IMG/VR virus record: IMGVR_UViG_3300044713_000107 | Coordinates: 5,930 to 69,929 of that record | Origin: a virus | Length of the DNA stretch: 64,000 bases | Reading direction: 5' to 3' (one strand) | Shown here: positions 1-9,172 of the stretch, piece after piece | How the letters are laid out: the number at the start of each line of letters is the position of its first letter | Position numbering within the stretch: position 1 is the stretch's first letter | The notes under the pieces: generated by a model | Database searches by the model: none | Told to the model about the DNA's origin: nothing | The model's input: the letters and a program-made list of their open reading frames with translations, nothing else | Position numbers and translations under genes: made by a program

Positions 1-1228
1 CGCCGATCTCCGTGCGGTAGCGGTTCAGCGTCCAGGAGCCGTTCCGCAGCCGCATGTCGCGGATGCCTTCGATCGTCGTCGAGTCGCGCATGTCGATGTC
101 GCGGAACTTCAGATGCCAGCCGGTGATCCCGAACCCCTGGCGGGCGAGGTGGAAGTTCAGCTTCTCCAGGACCAACTGCGCGATCGGATCGCAGGTGTTG
201 ACGCGGAACGTCTTGTCCTGTGCTTCGCCTGTGCCGCCGCCGAGGTTCCCCGACTCGATCACCCCGGCCTTCGCGGGAGGGCAGCCGTAGCAGGCGAGGA
301 TCTCGTCGCGCTTCTGGTCCAGAAACGACTCAAGGTCAGCGATCCGGCCCTGCGCGAGCTCGACCAGCGTCGCGCCGCCCTTGGTCGCGATCGGCGTCCC
401 CATGTTCCGAGGGCCCACATTGCGGGCCGCGTACTGCTGCAGCCAACGGTTCATCTCCGGCTGCTGCATCCCAGCGGGGAAGTCGACGTGCACCGTCAGA
501 GGCATGCCCTTACGGAAGTACTCCTTGCCGGTCGACCCCGCAAAAAGCCACGCCGTGATCGGCAGCAGAGCGGCCTGCGTCGGAGAGACACCAAACACGC
601 CGGCGCGCGGCGAGTCGAGAGCGATGTGAATGACATCGCGCGGCTCGAACGTGGCACGCTGCCCGAACTCGGTGATCTGCACGTAGCCGGTGATCTGACC
701 GTGCTCGTCCGCCTTCGGGTACATCGTCGGGCAGTCAAGGTTGTAGAGGGCGACAGGAACGTTCCCCACCCAGGAGACCTCGATGAACGCGTCCCCGAAC
801 ACCAGCAGGTCGGTGATGACGTTCCGGGTGAGCTTGCGGATGTCCTCGTCGGGGTTGCAATACGCCATCAGCCGTTCGAGGGCGAGTACTTCCGGCGGCT
901 TGTCAGGCTGCTCGTGGTCGCCTTCGCCGTCGTCCTGGTCCCAGTCGGTGACGAGGCCCCCGGCGGTGATGGTCCGGGCGATCGCGTTCGTCGCCGCCCA
1001 GGCCCACGGGCACGCGAGGTACGCCTCGTGGAGCTCCTGCATCAGCGAGCTGCGGTCCGTCTGGGTCGACGTACCCATGCCTTGGCGATATTCGGTCAAA
1101 CCGCCGGGCGGAATGCCTACCTCGAAGCCTGCCCGCTCGGGGATCTTCGGCGGACCCGCGAGCGCCGCCTCGAAGACCGGCTGCGGGGCATCCCGGCGGA
1201 ACCATGTGCGCGGGCTCCAAGAAGCCAC
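1..1228 (-). CDS. Phage portal protein (HK97-like), truncated by window edge
   Basis: Manual translation from GTG 1228 is open to the window edge (MASWSPRTW...YLACPWAWAATNAIARTI...DLLVFGDAFIEV...EILACYGCPP); directly follows terminase; absent from ORF track. Confidence 0.88.
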   Translation of the reverse strand, partial: MASWSPRTWFRRDAPQPVFEAALAGPPKIPERAGFEVGIPPGGLTEYRQGMGTSTQTDRSSLMQELHEAYLACPWAWAATNAIARTITAGGLVTDWDQDDGEGDHEQPDKPPEVLALERLMAYCNPDEDIRKLTRNVITDLLVFGDAFIEVSWVGNVPVALYNLDCPTMYPKADEHGQITGYVQITEFGQRATFEPRDVIHIALDSPRAGVFGVSPTQAALLPITAWLFAGSTGKEYFRKGMPLTVHVDFPAGMQQPEMNRWLQQYAARNVGPRNMGTPIATKGGATLVELAQGRIADLESFLDQKRDEILACYGCPPAKAGVIESGNLGGGTGEAQDKTFRVNTCDPIAQLVLEKLNFHLARQGFGITGWHLKFRDIDMRDSTTIEGIRDMRLRNGSWTLNRYRTEIG

Positions 1229-1245
1229 GACTACCCCCTCGCTGG

Positions 1246-2832
1246 TCAGATGAAGGGGGACGTCTGCGTAGTGCCGCGCTGCTCGGCGTCGTCGTCAGCC
1301 CACGGGTCGATCTCGGCCTGGCGTGGCCGGTGGGCGATGCCTTGCCCGAACTCGCCTAGCAGAGCAGCGAGCTGCTCGTCGACTGGCGTGTCGAGGATCG
1401 GGAACTGTGGGCCGCCACCGATTGACATGATCAAATAGCGGCCCGCATCGTACCAATGGTCCGGGGCATCGGTGTCGACGTCCTCAGGCCGGTGCGGATC
1501 CCGGGGCAGTTCGCCCATGGTCTTGGTGAACTGCGGGCACGTTCCGTCTAGGACGTGCAGCATCGGGCAGGTCGCCCATCCCAACTCGCGGTGGTGCGCA
1601 CATGCAGGTGCCTCGGCCAGGTAGGTGTGGTACCTGGCCTTCCCGCCGAGGCGGTCGTTGTCCGCCCGGGTGAGGTGCAGGCCCTCGATGGCCATCTGCT
1701 CGGCGGGCGGCAACGACGAGCCCGTCTTTCCCCACATCGCCGGGTCGGCCGCGATCGACACCAGGGCGTGCCCGGTGTTCGCTTCAAGGATCTGCCGAGC
1801 CTGATCACGCTCAGGGGTCTGCACCATCGTCAGCTCGCGGTAGAACCACAGGCGTCCATCGTTGTCGCGGGCCGCAGCCATGTAGACCGACGGGGCGGCC
1901 CAGCCGTAGTCCATTCCGCCGCGGCGCTGCCAGGCGGCGGGGACGTCGAAGAGCGGGACGACGATTCGGTCGCGCTTCCAGTCGGGGAAGGCGGCGTCAG
2001 GCATGGCGGACCAGTCCCCGTCCTTGATTCGGGCGCGCAGGTCGGGGTCGGAGATGCCTTCGAGGGTCTTGTCATAGTCGCCGACGTAGGGGTTGTCGCT
2101 GGCCTTGGCCGGGATGAAGATCCTGCGCCGTCCCGCCTTGTCGCTGACTTCCCTGGAGCCGTAGTCCGTGGCATCGACGTAGTCCGCTTTGACGACGCCG
2201 TGTCCAACGTGGCCGGGGTTTGATGCGGAGCGGGCCCCGAGGCTTGGCACGCCTTCGACGCCGGAGCGGATGCGCGTGTAGAGGAAGTCGACGACTTCGG
2301 GCGGCATCGTGGTGCGCTCGTCGATGATCAGCATGTTGATCTCGGCCGAGGATAGGGCCGCAGCCTCTTCCATGTTCTTCGCGTGCGCGAAGGTGAGGAT
2401 CGACGCCCCAGGGAATCGCAGCTCGTACTTCGACCCGTTCCACTGGCCGCCGAGGGATTTGGCGTACCCGTAGCGTGCGAGGTTCCGGAGCACGGACTGG
2501 TTCAGCTGCGGGAATGTCTTGCGGAACCAGAAGATCTGGATGCCCGGGTATCGGATGCAGGTGCGGATCGCCAGTGCGAGGAGACTGGCGGACTTTCCGC
2601 CGCCGCCTGCGCCGCCATAGAGGACGTCGAGGTCTTCGTCGGGCAGGTTCAGGAACCGCTCCTGGGGACACTCTCCGCACATCGGTGGTAGCTCGTCCTC
2701 GGGCATGCCCGAGAGGCGGGCGAGCACGCGGGGCTTGCACACCGGCTCGAAGCCGATCACCGCCCAGGGGTCGACCGGCGGCTCGTCGAGCTGGTCTGCG
2801 AGGAGATCGAACGCGTCGAGCACCCCCACCAC
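1246..2832 (-). CDS. terL: Terminase large subunit
   Basis: Walker A YGGAGGGGKS, Walker B LIIDE, coupling motif ASNPG, nuclease acidic motifs GMDYG and DHWYDAGRY. Confidence 0.95.
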   Translation of the reverse strand: MVGVLDAFDLLADQLDEPPVDPWAVIGFEPVCKPRVLARLSGMPEDELPPMCGECPQERFLNLPDEDLDVLYGGAGGGGKSASLLALAIRTCIRYPGIQIFWFRKTFPQLNQSVLRNLARYGYAKSLGGQWNGSKYELRFPGASILTFAHAKNMEEAAALSSAEINMLIIDERTTMPPEVVDFLYTRIRSGVEGVPSLGARSASNPGHVGHGVVKADYVDATDYGSREVSDKAGRRRIFIPAKASDNPYVGDYDKTLEGISDPDLRARIKDGDWSAMPDAAFPDWKRDRIVVPLFDVPAAWQRRGGMDYGWAAPSVYMAAARDNDGRLWFYRELTMVQTPERDQARQILEANTGHALVSIAADPAMWGKTGSSLPPAEQMAIEGLHLTRADNDRLGGKARYHTYLAEAPACAHHRELGWATCPMLHVLDGTCPQFTKTMGELPRDPHRPEDVDTDAPDHWYDAGRYLIMSIGGGPQFPILDTPVDEQLAALLGEFGQGIAHRPRQAEIDPWADDDAEQRGTTQTSPFI

Positions 2833-2838
2833 CCCCGG

Positions 2839-3552
2839 TCAGGCCGCCCGGACCGCCCTCAGCTTCTGGGCGATGACCTGCTTGGCCCGCGTCGTCTGCT
2901 CGGGCGTCAGGCCGGCGGCCACCAACCCGGCTTGGATCGCCTCCATGAACACGGCGGCCTTCTTCTCCTCGATCTTCATGAGGCGCTCATCGATGTTGAG
3001 GCGGGCTATCGTGCCGAGGACCGTGTTGCAGCGGTCCATCGCCCGCTCATACAGGGCGACTTCCGCGCGGAGCTGCTCGCCCGCGCCCCCGAGGTAGCGG
3101 ATGTCAGTGAGAGCGTTGACGCGGTCGGCGAGGGCCTCCTGCCACGCCACGACCTGCCCGGCCAGCTGCGAGAGCGCGGTCAGGGGATTCTCGACCGGGC
3201 CGACGTCTAGTTTGGCGAGGGTCTTGGTGACCTTGACTTCAAGGTCAGCCTCGGCCAGCCGACGCTCGGCCGCCGCCAGGCTCTTGGGCGCTTTGCCGCC
3301 GTGGATGCCGCAGACGTTCTGGCCCTTCATCGCCCAGCACACGCAGCGGTGGCCGGCCTTTTCGGGGTCGGTGTTGTTCTTCGAGTAGTTCGCGGTGCAG
3401 CGGCGCTCGTCAGGGATGTTGTGCTTGAGGCAGTAGTCGGTGCCGGGGCGCTTGGGCTGCTCGCAGCGCTGGCCCCGGAGTTCGGGGCGCTGCCGGTACT
3501 TCTCGCCGTAGATGCCTTGGCAGCGCTGGTCGTCGGGCGGGATCTCGGTCAC
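2839..3552 (-). CDS. Probable terminase small subunit with two Cys/His zinc-finger repeats
   Basis: Adjacent to terL; GGAGG RBS before GTG 3552; CGIHGGKAP motif; helical C-terminus. Confidence 0.7.
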   Translation of the reverse strand: MTEIPPDDQRCQGIYGEKYRQRPELRGQRCEQPKRPGTDYCLKHNIPDERRCTANYSKNNTDPEKAGHRCVCWAMKGQNVCGIHGGKAPKSLAAAERRLAEADLEVKVTKTLAKLDVGPVENPLTALSQLAGQVVAWQEALADRVNALTDIRYLGGAGEQLRAEVALYERAMDRCNTVLGTIARLNIDERLMKIEEKKAAVFMEAIQAGLVAAGLTPEQTTRAKQVIAQKLRAVRAA

Positions 3553-3556
3553 TGGA

Positions 3557-3979
3557 TCACCTCCAGTGCGCGGGCCCGGTGTTGGTGGGCTGCGGGGCGC
3601 GTTCGGGGTGTGGTTCGGGTGTGCAGGAGCACTTCGGGTGCGGGGTCTGGTCGCCGTGGGGGCCGGTGCAGGTGGCCTGGTGGATGAGCCCGGCGGCAGC
3701 CTGGTCGATGGCGTGGTCACCGCACGCGAACACCGCCGTCGTGGAGTCCGTGATCGACGGGAGCGGCCCGAACACGATCGGGTTCTCCGGGTCCTGCAGC
3801 AGGATCCGCTCGGCCCGGATCACGTTGATCCGGGCGTGCTCCGCATCCATCTCCGCCTGCGTCAGGCGGCGCTGCCACTGCACCAGCGCGGGAGCATGGC
3901 AGCGCTCACAGACCGGGCCCGCGGTCATCGGCGGGAGAGGCTGTGCGACGACAGGCTCAGGCGTGCCGAGGTTGGGCAT
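3557..3979 (-). CDS. Hypothetical phage protein (CxxC, CxC motifs)
   Basis: RBS GAGGAGG before ATG; tight packing. Confidence 0.65.
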   Translation of the reverse strand: MPNLGTPEPVVAQPLPPMTAGPVCERCHAPALVQWQRRLTQAEMDAEHARINVIRAERILLQDPENPIVFGPLPSITDSTTAVFACGDHAIDQAAAGLIHQATCTGPHGDQTPHPKCSCTPEPHPERAPQPTNTGPAHWR

Positions 3980-3988
3980 CGATCCTCC

Positions 3989-4363
3989 TCAGCCGATCGC
4001 TACGAGCCGGGAGAAGAACACGCCAGTGACCCAGGCCGCGGCGGTGCTGGTGCCGGGATTGGTGCACACCGTGTACGGGCGGGCGCCTTCGCCGAGGAGC
4101 GTGGTGGCGGCGGGGGTGAGGTTCACGGTCGCGATCCCGCTCGTCGGGGTCGTGACCGTGATGGACCCCTGGGGGTTGCTGCCGCTGGACGACACCTGCA
4201 CGAGTGCGGGGCTGGTCGTGTCTTCGACGGTGGGTCGGATGACCAGTTCGACGACGAGACCGGTGAGGTCGACCGGCGGGCCGCCGGGTGTCTGGGTGAG
4301 CGTGAAAGTCGCGGTCCAGACGAATCCGGCGTTGCAGTACGCGTTGACCTGGGTCGGCAGCAT
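3989..4363 (-). CDS. Beta-rich protein resembling BppU N-terminal/virion adaptor domain
   Basis: PVDLTG..ELVIR and TVNLTPAAT pattern; RBS GGAGGTGA. Confidence 0.5.
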   Translation of the reverse strand: MLPTQVNAYCNAGFVWTATFTLTQTPGGPPVDLTGLVVELVIRPTVEDTTSPALVQVSSSGSNPQGSITVTTPTSGIATVNLTPAATTLLGEGARPYTVCTNPGTSTAAAWVTGVFFSRLVAIG

Positions 4364-4398
4364 CGGTCACCTCCCCGGCGCCGGTCGGTTGTGCTGGG

Positions 4399-4695
4399 TC
4401 AGGCTCCGGCGGTGGGGTCGACGGCCTTCGTGGCGTCGGCGGCAGCGTCGTCGGCGACCTGCACGGCGTCGTGCTCGGCCTCCGCGACGACGGGCTTCGC
4501 GGCGGCGTCAGCGTCCTTGGCGACCTGCTCGCCGTCGGCGACGGCCTCGTGGCCGACGCTGCCAGCGGCGGTCTTGAGCTTCGCGGCGATGGCCTCGCCC
4601 TCCGCGACGACGGGGTGCTCGGCTCCGGTGACGAGGCCCTTGACCTTGGCGAGGAACGCGTGGAAGTCGGCTTCGACCTCGGCGAGGAACGACAT
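4399..4695 (-). CDS. Ala/Asp/Glu-rich repeat protein
   Basis: RBS AAGGAG; repeats PVVAEGEAIA / EAVADGEQVA / PVVAEAEHDA. Confidence 0.7.
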   Translation of the reverse strand: MSFLAEVEADFHAFLAKVKGLVTGAEHPVVAEGEAIAAKLKTAAGSVGHEAVADGEQVAKDADAAAKPVVAEAEHDAVQVADDAAADATKAVDPTAGA

Positions 4696-4722
4696 GGTGA
4701 ACTCCTTGAGGGTGAGGGAGGA

Positions 4723-5364
4723 TCAGAAACGTAGGCCGCGCTGGGCGGCGATCCGGCCGAGTTGGCTGGCGATTGCGTCCTGGAGGTTCTTCTCGGACAG
4801 GACGCTGCCGTCGATGTGCACGTTGACCGTGACCGGAGCAGGCGCATCCGGCATGGGTGTGGCGGGCTGCTCATCGTCATGCGGCCAGTGCCAGGATCCC
4901 TCGGCCTGCACGGTCGGGTCGAAGACCTTGGAGAACCGCAGCTTGAACTGCCCTGCTGGCTGGTCGAGGTTGATGCTCAGTCCGACGGTGTTGCCGCCAC
5001 TGACTGCGTCGGTGATGTGCCCCTCGACGGTGCCCGGCCAGCAGCCTTCGTCGGCGAGCCAGACGTGGACCTTGTCGCCGATCGCAGGCCAGCCCTGTTC
5101 GGGCGTCTCGGGGACGGGGTCGATGCCTTGCTGGGCTCGCCACTCGTTGAGCGTGCACGGGCCAGGCCGGAGATCGGAGGCATCCGGTGTGGGTTCGAGA
5201 CGATAGCTGGCCCACGCCCCGGGCGCGTACGCGGCGACTGCCCCGATGTACGTGTTCAGGGTGAGCGCGAGGCGTCCTGCGTCGTTCTCGTGAGCGGCGT
5301 CGCAGTCGATGTGGTGAACGCGTCCGTCGGGCCGCTCGACGTGGGCGATGAACCGCGAGCTCAC
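4723..5364 (-). CDS. Hypothetical phage protein
   Basis: GTGA start/stop overlap with upstream gene. Confidence 0.6.
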   Translation of the reverse strand: MSSRFIAHVERPDGRVHHIDCDAAHENDAGRLALTLNTYIGAVAAYAPGAWASYRLEPTPDASDLRPGPCTLNEWRAQQGIDPVPETPEQGWPAIGDKVHVWLADEGCWPGTVEGHITDAVSGGNTVGLSINLDQPAGQFKLRFSKVFDPTVQAEGSWHWPHDDEQPATPMPDAPAPVTVNVHIDGSVLSEKNLQDAIASQLGRIAAQRGLRF

Positions 5365-5882
5365 GACGCGGCCCCGACCGGCTGCTCGGCCTTGGTCTCG
5401 ATGTCGATGACCTGCCCGTGAGCGTCGTGGTAGACGACGTAGTCGACGCGCGGCACGTGGTACTCGCCGTTCCAGTCGCTGTAGAGGACCGGCTCGGCAC
5501 GCACCGCGTGAGCGGGCGCGCCGGGAATGTGAACGTCGAGGTCCACCGCGAACGAGTGGATCAGCGGCGTGCGTCGCTGAATGCGGGCACCGTCGCCGAG
5601 AAGGTGCAGGCTGGCCCGGAAGTACGGCTCCAGTTGGACGGACACGCGGATCTTCACCGTGCGCCAGTACTCGGCGCGCTGGGTGCGCTTGGCGTTGATC
5701 CGCTGCTGCCCGGACCGCGTAGACGGCTGCACGGGCACGCGGTGCGGGGCGTTCACACGCTCGGCGATCTCACCGTGCCGCGGGGGCAGTGGAGGGATCG
5801 GCAGCGCGCGGGCCTGGTCGCGGGAGACCTTGCGGCGTGCGCGGCGGGGCAGGGACAGGAAGATGTCGAGGTCGGAGGGCAT
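5361..5882 (-). CDS. Hypothetical phage protein
   Basis: RBS GGAG before ATG 5882 (MPSDLDIFL). Confidence 0.6.
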   Translation of the reverse strand: MPSDLDIFLSLPRRARRKVSRDQARALPIPPLPPRHGEIAERVNAPHRVPVQPSTRSGQQRINAKRTQRAEYWRTVKIRVSVQLEPYFRASLHLLGDGARIQRRTPLIHSFAVDLDVHIPGAPAHAVRAEPVLYSDWNGEYHVPRVDYVVYHDAHGQVIDIETKAEQPVGAAS

Positions 5883-5920
5883 CGTTTCTCCACGGGGTGC
5901 TGTTGGGGTGCGTTGTGGTG

Positions 5921-5962
5921 CGTGCGCGCGGCTCGACGCACCCCTGCGGAGCCGCGCGCACG
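5921..5962 (-). terminator. Hairpin, probable terminator after SGNH gene
   Basis: Perfect 14-bp inverted repeat cgtgcgcgcggctc (5921-5934) / gagccgcgcgcacg (5949-5962). Confidence 0.65.
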
Positions 5963-6003
5963 TAGTAGCCCGACGCACCGCCGGGAGCGCCGGGAGACGA
6001 GGG

Positions 6004-6870
6004 TTACGGCTGCGGAACGTAGCCGGGGATCCACTGCGCTGCAGCGGCAAGGAACGCCTTGCTGATCTTCGTGCACGCCGCGTTCCTGGGGTGCATGCCT
6101 TCGAGAGTGTGGCGCGACGGCGGGGACTGCTGGCCGGGCCACGTGTCGTCCGCGTTCCAGCGAGCCATCGTCGTCGCGGTGCAGTCCGCAATGGTGACCC
6201 GCGGGTCGTTCAGCGCGGCAACAGCGTTCTGCACGTCGGTGTTGCACTGCGCGATGTTCGCCTGGTAGCTCGCGTCGACGTTCTGCGCGATCGGAATCAA
6301 CGCAACCACGATGCCGCGCACCACCGGACTGAACGCCAGTACCTGCTGCAGGAACGTCGTGATGTTCGCCTGGAAGTTCGCCAGGTTCGTCGCGTTCCCA
6401 GCGTCGTTGGAGCCGATGTGCAGGGTGACGATGTCCGGCGTGTTCGCCGTCAGGGCTGCGGCGAGGCCGGAGAGGACGTTCGGCATCTCCCAGCCACCGT
6501 GAGCGTTGTAAGACAACGTCATCGGGATGTTCTGTTGATCGAGGTGGTCGACCATCCACCCGGGGTAGCCGACGCCGTCGGACGATGCGAGGCCCGCGGT
6601 GATGGAGTCACCGCAGCACATGATCTTCACGGCCGCTTTCGGCGCGATGTTCAGTGCGGTGCGGATGTCCTTGCGCTGAAACGCTGCGCTCTCGCGCTGT
6701 TCCAGTAGCAGGACCTCAATCTGGTCCAGGACGGTCTGGTGGTTGTACCGGGCGCAGTTGCCGTCGTAGCCGTTGACCTCGCTCTTGGCGTCGATGTACC
6801 CGGCCAGGGTGCTGCCGTTGGCGCCTGCGGTGCCGCTCTCCCAGTTGGTGGGGTACTGGGGGTATGTCAT
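6004..6870 (-). CDS. SGNH/GDSL-family esterase with N-terminal extension
   Basis: GDSITAG, HGG, IGSND and EGMHP blocks. Confidence 0.88.
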   Translation of the reverse strand: MTYPQYPTNWESGTAGANGSTLAGYIDAKSEVNGYDGNCARYNHQTVLDQIEVLLLEQRESAAFQRKDIRTALNIAPKAAVKIMCCGDSITAGLASSDGVGYPGWMVDHLDQQNIPMTLSYNAHGGWEMPNVLSGLAAALTANTPDIVTLHIGSNDAGNATNLANFQANITTFLQQVLAFSPVVRGIVVALIPIAQNVDASYQANIAQCNTDVQNAVAALNDPRVTIADCTATTMARWNADDTWPGQQSPPSRHTLEGMHPRNAACTKISKAFLAAAAQWIPGYVPQP

Positions 6871-7097
6871 CGCTGCGCTCCAGGTTGGGGGTTGATCGGG
6901 TCGGGCAAGAACTCGGCCGGGCGTCGGGACGGGCACGACTTGCCCGTGGCGTGCCACCACTTGGTCTCGCCCAGCCACGCCGCAGCACCACACCGGGAAC
7001 AGCGGCCCGGGATGGGGTGCCACTCGGCGCGTTGCCTGAACGGGGCGTCGAGGGCACGCCAGGTGTCGTCGGGCTTCTCGTCGTCGGGGTGGGTCAC
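6867..7097 (-). CDS. Small Cys-containing hypothetical protein
   Basis: Four-base overlaps at both ends; CSRC motif. Confidence 0.6.
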   Translation of the reverse strand: MTHPDDEKPDDTWRALDAPFRQRAEWHPIPGRCSRCGAAAWLGETKWWHATGKSCPSRRPAEFLPDPINPQPGAQR

Positions 7098-7219
7098 TCG
7101 GCCTCGTCAATGTCTACGGACTGGCAGGTGCAGCGGCCGTCCTCGTCGCTGGCCCGGCACTGTCCGCCCTGGGCGTGCTCGGCGGCGACGTGGCCGCAAG
7201 TGCAGTAGACGCGCACCAT
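7094..7219 (-). CDS. Small putative zinc-finger peptide
   Basis: MVRVYCTCGHVAAEH...C...CTC; overlaps next gene start. Confidence 0.45.
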   Translation of the reverse strand: MVRVYCTCGHVAAEHAQGGQCRASDEDGRCTCQSVDIDEAE

Positions 7220-7357
7220 CCACCGCCCATCAGGAAGTTGGTGCCGCGACTGTCCAGGGGAAGGCAGCCGCGGCACCTGCCCGTCACCCTCGAAACGGGC
7301 GCGAGCACCCTGCAGCCAAGCCAACGGGGGCGGCCAGCTCATGCAGGGAGTAGAAGG

Positions 7358-7576
7358 TTAAGCAGCCATCGGCCGGCGGGTCTTCGCCCGGGTTTCCGCC
7401 TCGACACGGAGAACGTCCAGTGCTCGATAGCGCGGGTGCACGGCCTTCGGGTTGACCGGTGTCAGTTTGCCGCGGCACTTCCACACCCGTATCCGCCGCG
7501 GATCGACGCCAGCCGCTGCGGCGGCCTCGTTCGTCGTCCAGGTGATCTGAGTGAGGTCCCCGTCGAGGATGACCAT
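7358..7576 (-). CDS. MerR/excisionase-like HTH protein
   Basis: RBS GGAGGTGA before ATG 7576; TTNEAAAAAGVDPRRIRVWKCRGKL. Confidence 0.8.
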   Translation of the reverse strand: MVILDGDLTQITWTTNEAAAAAGVDPRRIRVWKCRGKLTPVNPKAVHPRYRALDVLRVEAETRAKTRRPMAA

Positions 7577-7601
7577 GGTCACCTCCGTGCGGGGCATGCG
7601 A

Positions 7602-7630
7602 AAGGCCCCAGCCGGATGGGCTGGGGCCTT
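7602..7630. terminator. Intrinsic terminator-like hairpin
   Basis: Perfect 12-bp stem aaggccccagcc / ggctggggcctt with 5-nt loop. Confidence 0.75.
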
Positions 7631-7679
7631 CGAAGACATAGTGGTGGTGCGAAAACTGTTTCAGACTTCTGATCGTTTT

Positions 7680-8384
7680 TCAAGCCACCTGGTCAAAAGT
7701 GCTCTCGTTGGCCACGACCCGGGAGTACAACTCGTATTCCTTGACCGTCAACAGCACCCCGCACGCCGGGTTGCGGCACTCGACGTACTCGTCGCCGTCG
7801 TCCCGGGCCAGCGACCGGAGATCGCACTTCGGGCACGGCGCGCCCATCTGAACCCGAAGCTGGTCGCGGCGGGTGAACCGGGTTGCGGCCTTGTGCCAGT
7901 AGTGGATCTGCGAACCGGGGTTCGCTGAGTCGCGGTCGTACGGCTCGCCGGCGGCGGGGTGCAGGGCGAGGGCCCACTCCAGGTGGACGAGCAGGAACGT
8001 CACTGCACCTGAAGCGGTCTGCCCTTCGCCACCACGACCGGGACGGTGGTTGAGGTGGCGCTGCTCGCGGATGTCGTCTTCGAGTTCGATCAGGCCGCCG
8101 ACTATGCGGTCGGTCATCAGTCGGGAGGCTTGGCCGGGCCATGCGGGGTGGAGGCCGTGGCGTCCCATGGTGCCGGTGGTCTTCGGGGTGGTGCCGTGGA
8201 TGGCCTCCAACCAGACGGCGGCGAGGAGTTCGGGGAGTTCCTGCAACTGGTGGTAGGCGCGGCCTTGGCAGCCGAGGCAGTGCACGGGGCTGCCGTAGAC
8301 GGGCTGGAGGTCGTGGGGCTGTTCGGTGGCTTCGGCGCGGCGCCAGGCGTCGTTGTGCCGAGAAGGGCAAGGAGTCAGATTCAA
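7680..8384 (-). CDS. Actinophage zinc-ribbon protein, possible late-gene regulator
   Basis: TTG start overlapping HNH stop, with GGAGG; CLGC and CPKC...C...C motifs; position just before late genes. Confidence 0.6.
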   Translation of the reverse strand: MNLTPCPSRHNDAWRRAEATEQPHDLQPVYGSPVHCLGCQGRAYHQLQELPELLAAVWLEAIHGTTPKTTGTMGRHGLHPAWPGQASRLMTDRIVGGLIELEDDIREQRHLNHRPGRGGEGQTASGAVTFLLVHLEWALALHPAAGEPYDRDSANPGSQIHYWHKAATRFTRRDQLRVQMGAPCPKCDLRSLARDDGDEYVECRNPACGVLLTVKEYELYSRVVANESTFDQVA

Positions 8385-9040
8385 GACGCACCTCCAGCAG
8401 GCTGCGCACGACGGATCTTCGCTTCGATATCCCGGCGCGTCCGACACTCGCGGCACTGACGCGTGTGAGGGCGCTTGGGCGGCCGGTACGTGTTGGCCTC
8501 GGTGAACGAATGCCCGTTCAGGCACTGTTCACGGTCCGCCGGAGCCACGTATCCAGGCTTGGCCACCGACTTGTATGGCCGAATGCGCTTCGGGTTCTGC
8601 TTCGGAGTCGCGCTTCGCTCGCGTTGCCGGATCTCAGCGCAGCGGCGGCACTGGCGGGTGTGAGGCCGACCGGGCGGCCTGTAGATGTTGTCCTCAGTGA
8701 GAGCGTGCCCTCGGAGGCAGTGGGTCTTGCGCTTGTTGATTCCAGACCCGCCGAATCCTCGCAGTACGTTCTCGCCGTTGGTTACGGGCTCAAGGTGCGA
8801 CGGATTTACGCAGAGCGTGTTCCGGCACAGGTGATCCAGGGTGAGGCCGTCGGGTATCGGGCCGATGCACATCTCATATGCCACCCGATGGGCTGCGTAG
8901 GGAAACCCTCGCTTGCCACGCATGATCACGAACCGGCCGTAGCCGCTCTTGGTGCCGCCCGTCCACTCCCAACAGCCGAGCTTCGCCCGTTTGTTGACCT
9001 TCTCCCAGAAGCGTTCGTGCAAGTCTCGTTTGGCGGGCAT
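8381..9040 (-). CDS. HNH endonuclease (HNH_3-like) with two C-terminal zinc-finger repeats
   Basis: CWEWTG, AHRVAY, DHLCRN..CVNPSHL...EN motifs. Confidence 0.9.
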   Translation of the reverse strand: MPAKRDLHERFWEKVNKRAKLGCWEWTGGTKSGYGRFVIMRGKRGFPYAAHRVAYEMCIGPIPDGLTLDHLCRNTLCVNPSHLEPVTNGENVLRGFGGSGINKRKTHCLRGHALTEDNIYRPPGRPHTRQCRRCAEIRQRERSATPKQNPKRIRPYKSVAKPGYVAPADREQCLNGHSFTEANTYRPPKRPHTRQCRECRTRRDIEAKIRRAQPAGGAS

Positions 9041-9172
9041 GCGGGACTCCCGTGGCAGGAGGGGACATGGCTACTGTCAGTATGCGCCATCACGGTGTGT
9101 CACATGAACTGAATGGGCCGCGAGTTCGGCGAATCGCGTCGGATTGTCACACCCGTCACGCACAATGCCCCC

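Noticed and set aside
113-1438. 441-aa plus-strand ORF
   Set aside because: Antisense shadow of the portal gene; the minus frame gives a recognisable protein with an RBS.
3512-5206. 564-aa plus-strand ORF
   Set aside because: Spans several well-packed minus-strand genes; no motifs; typical high-GC shadow frame.
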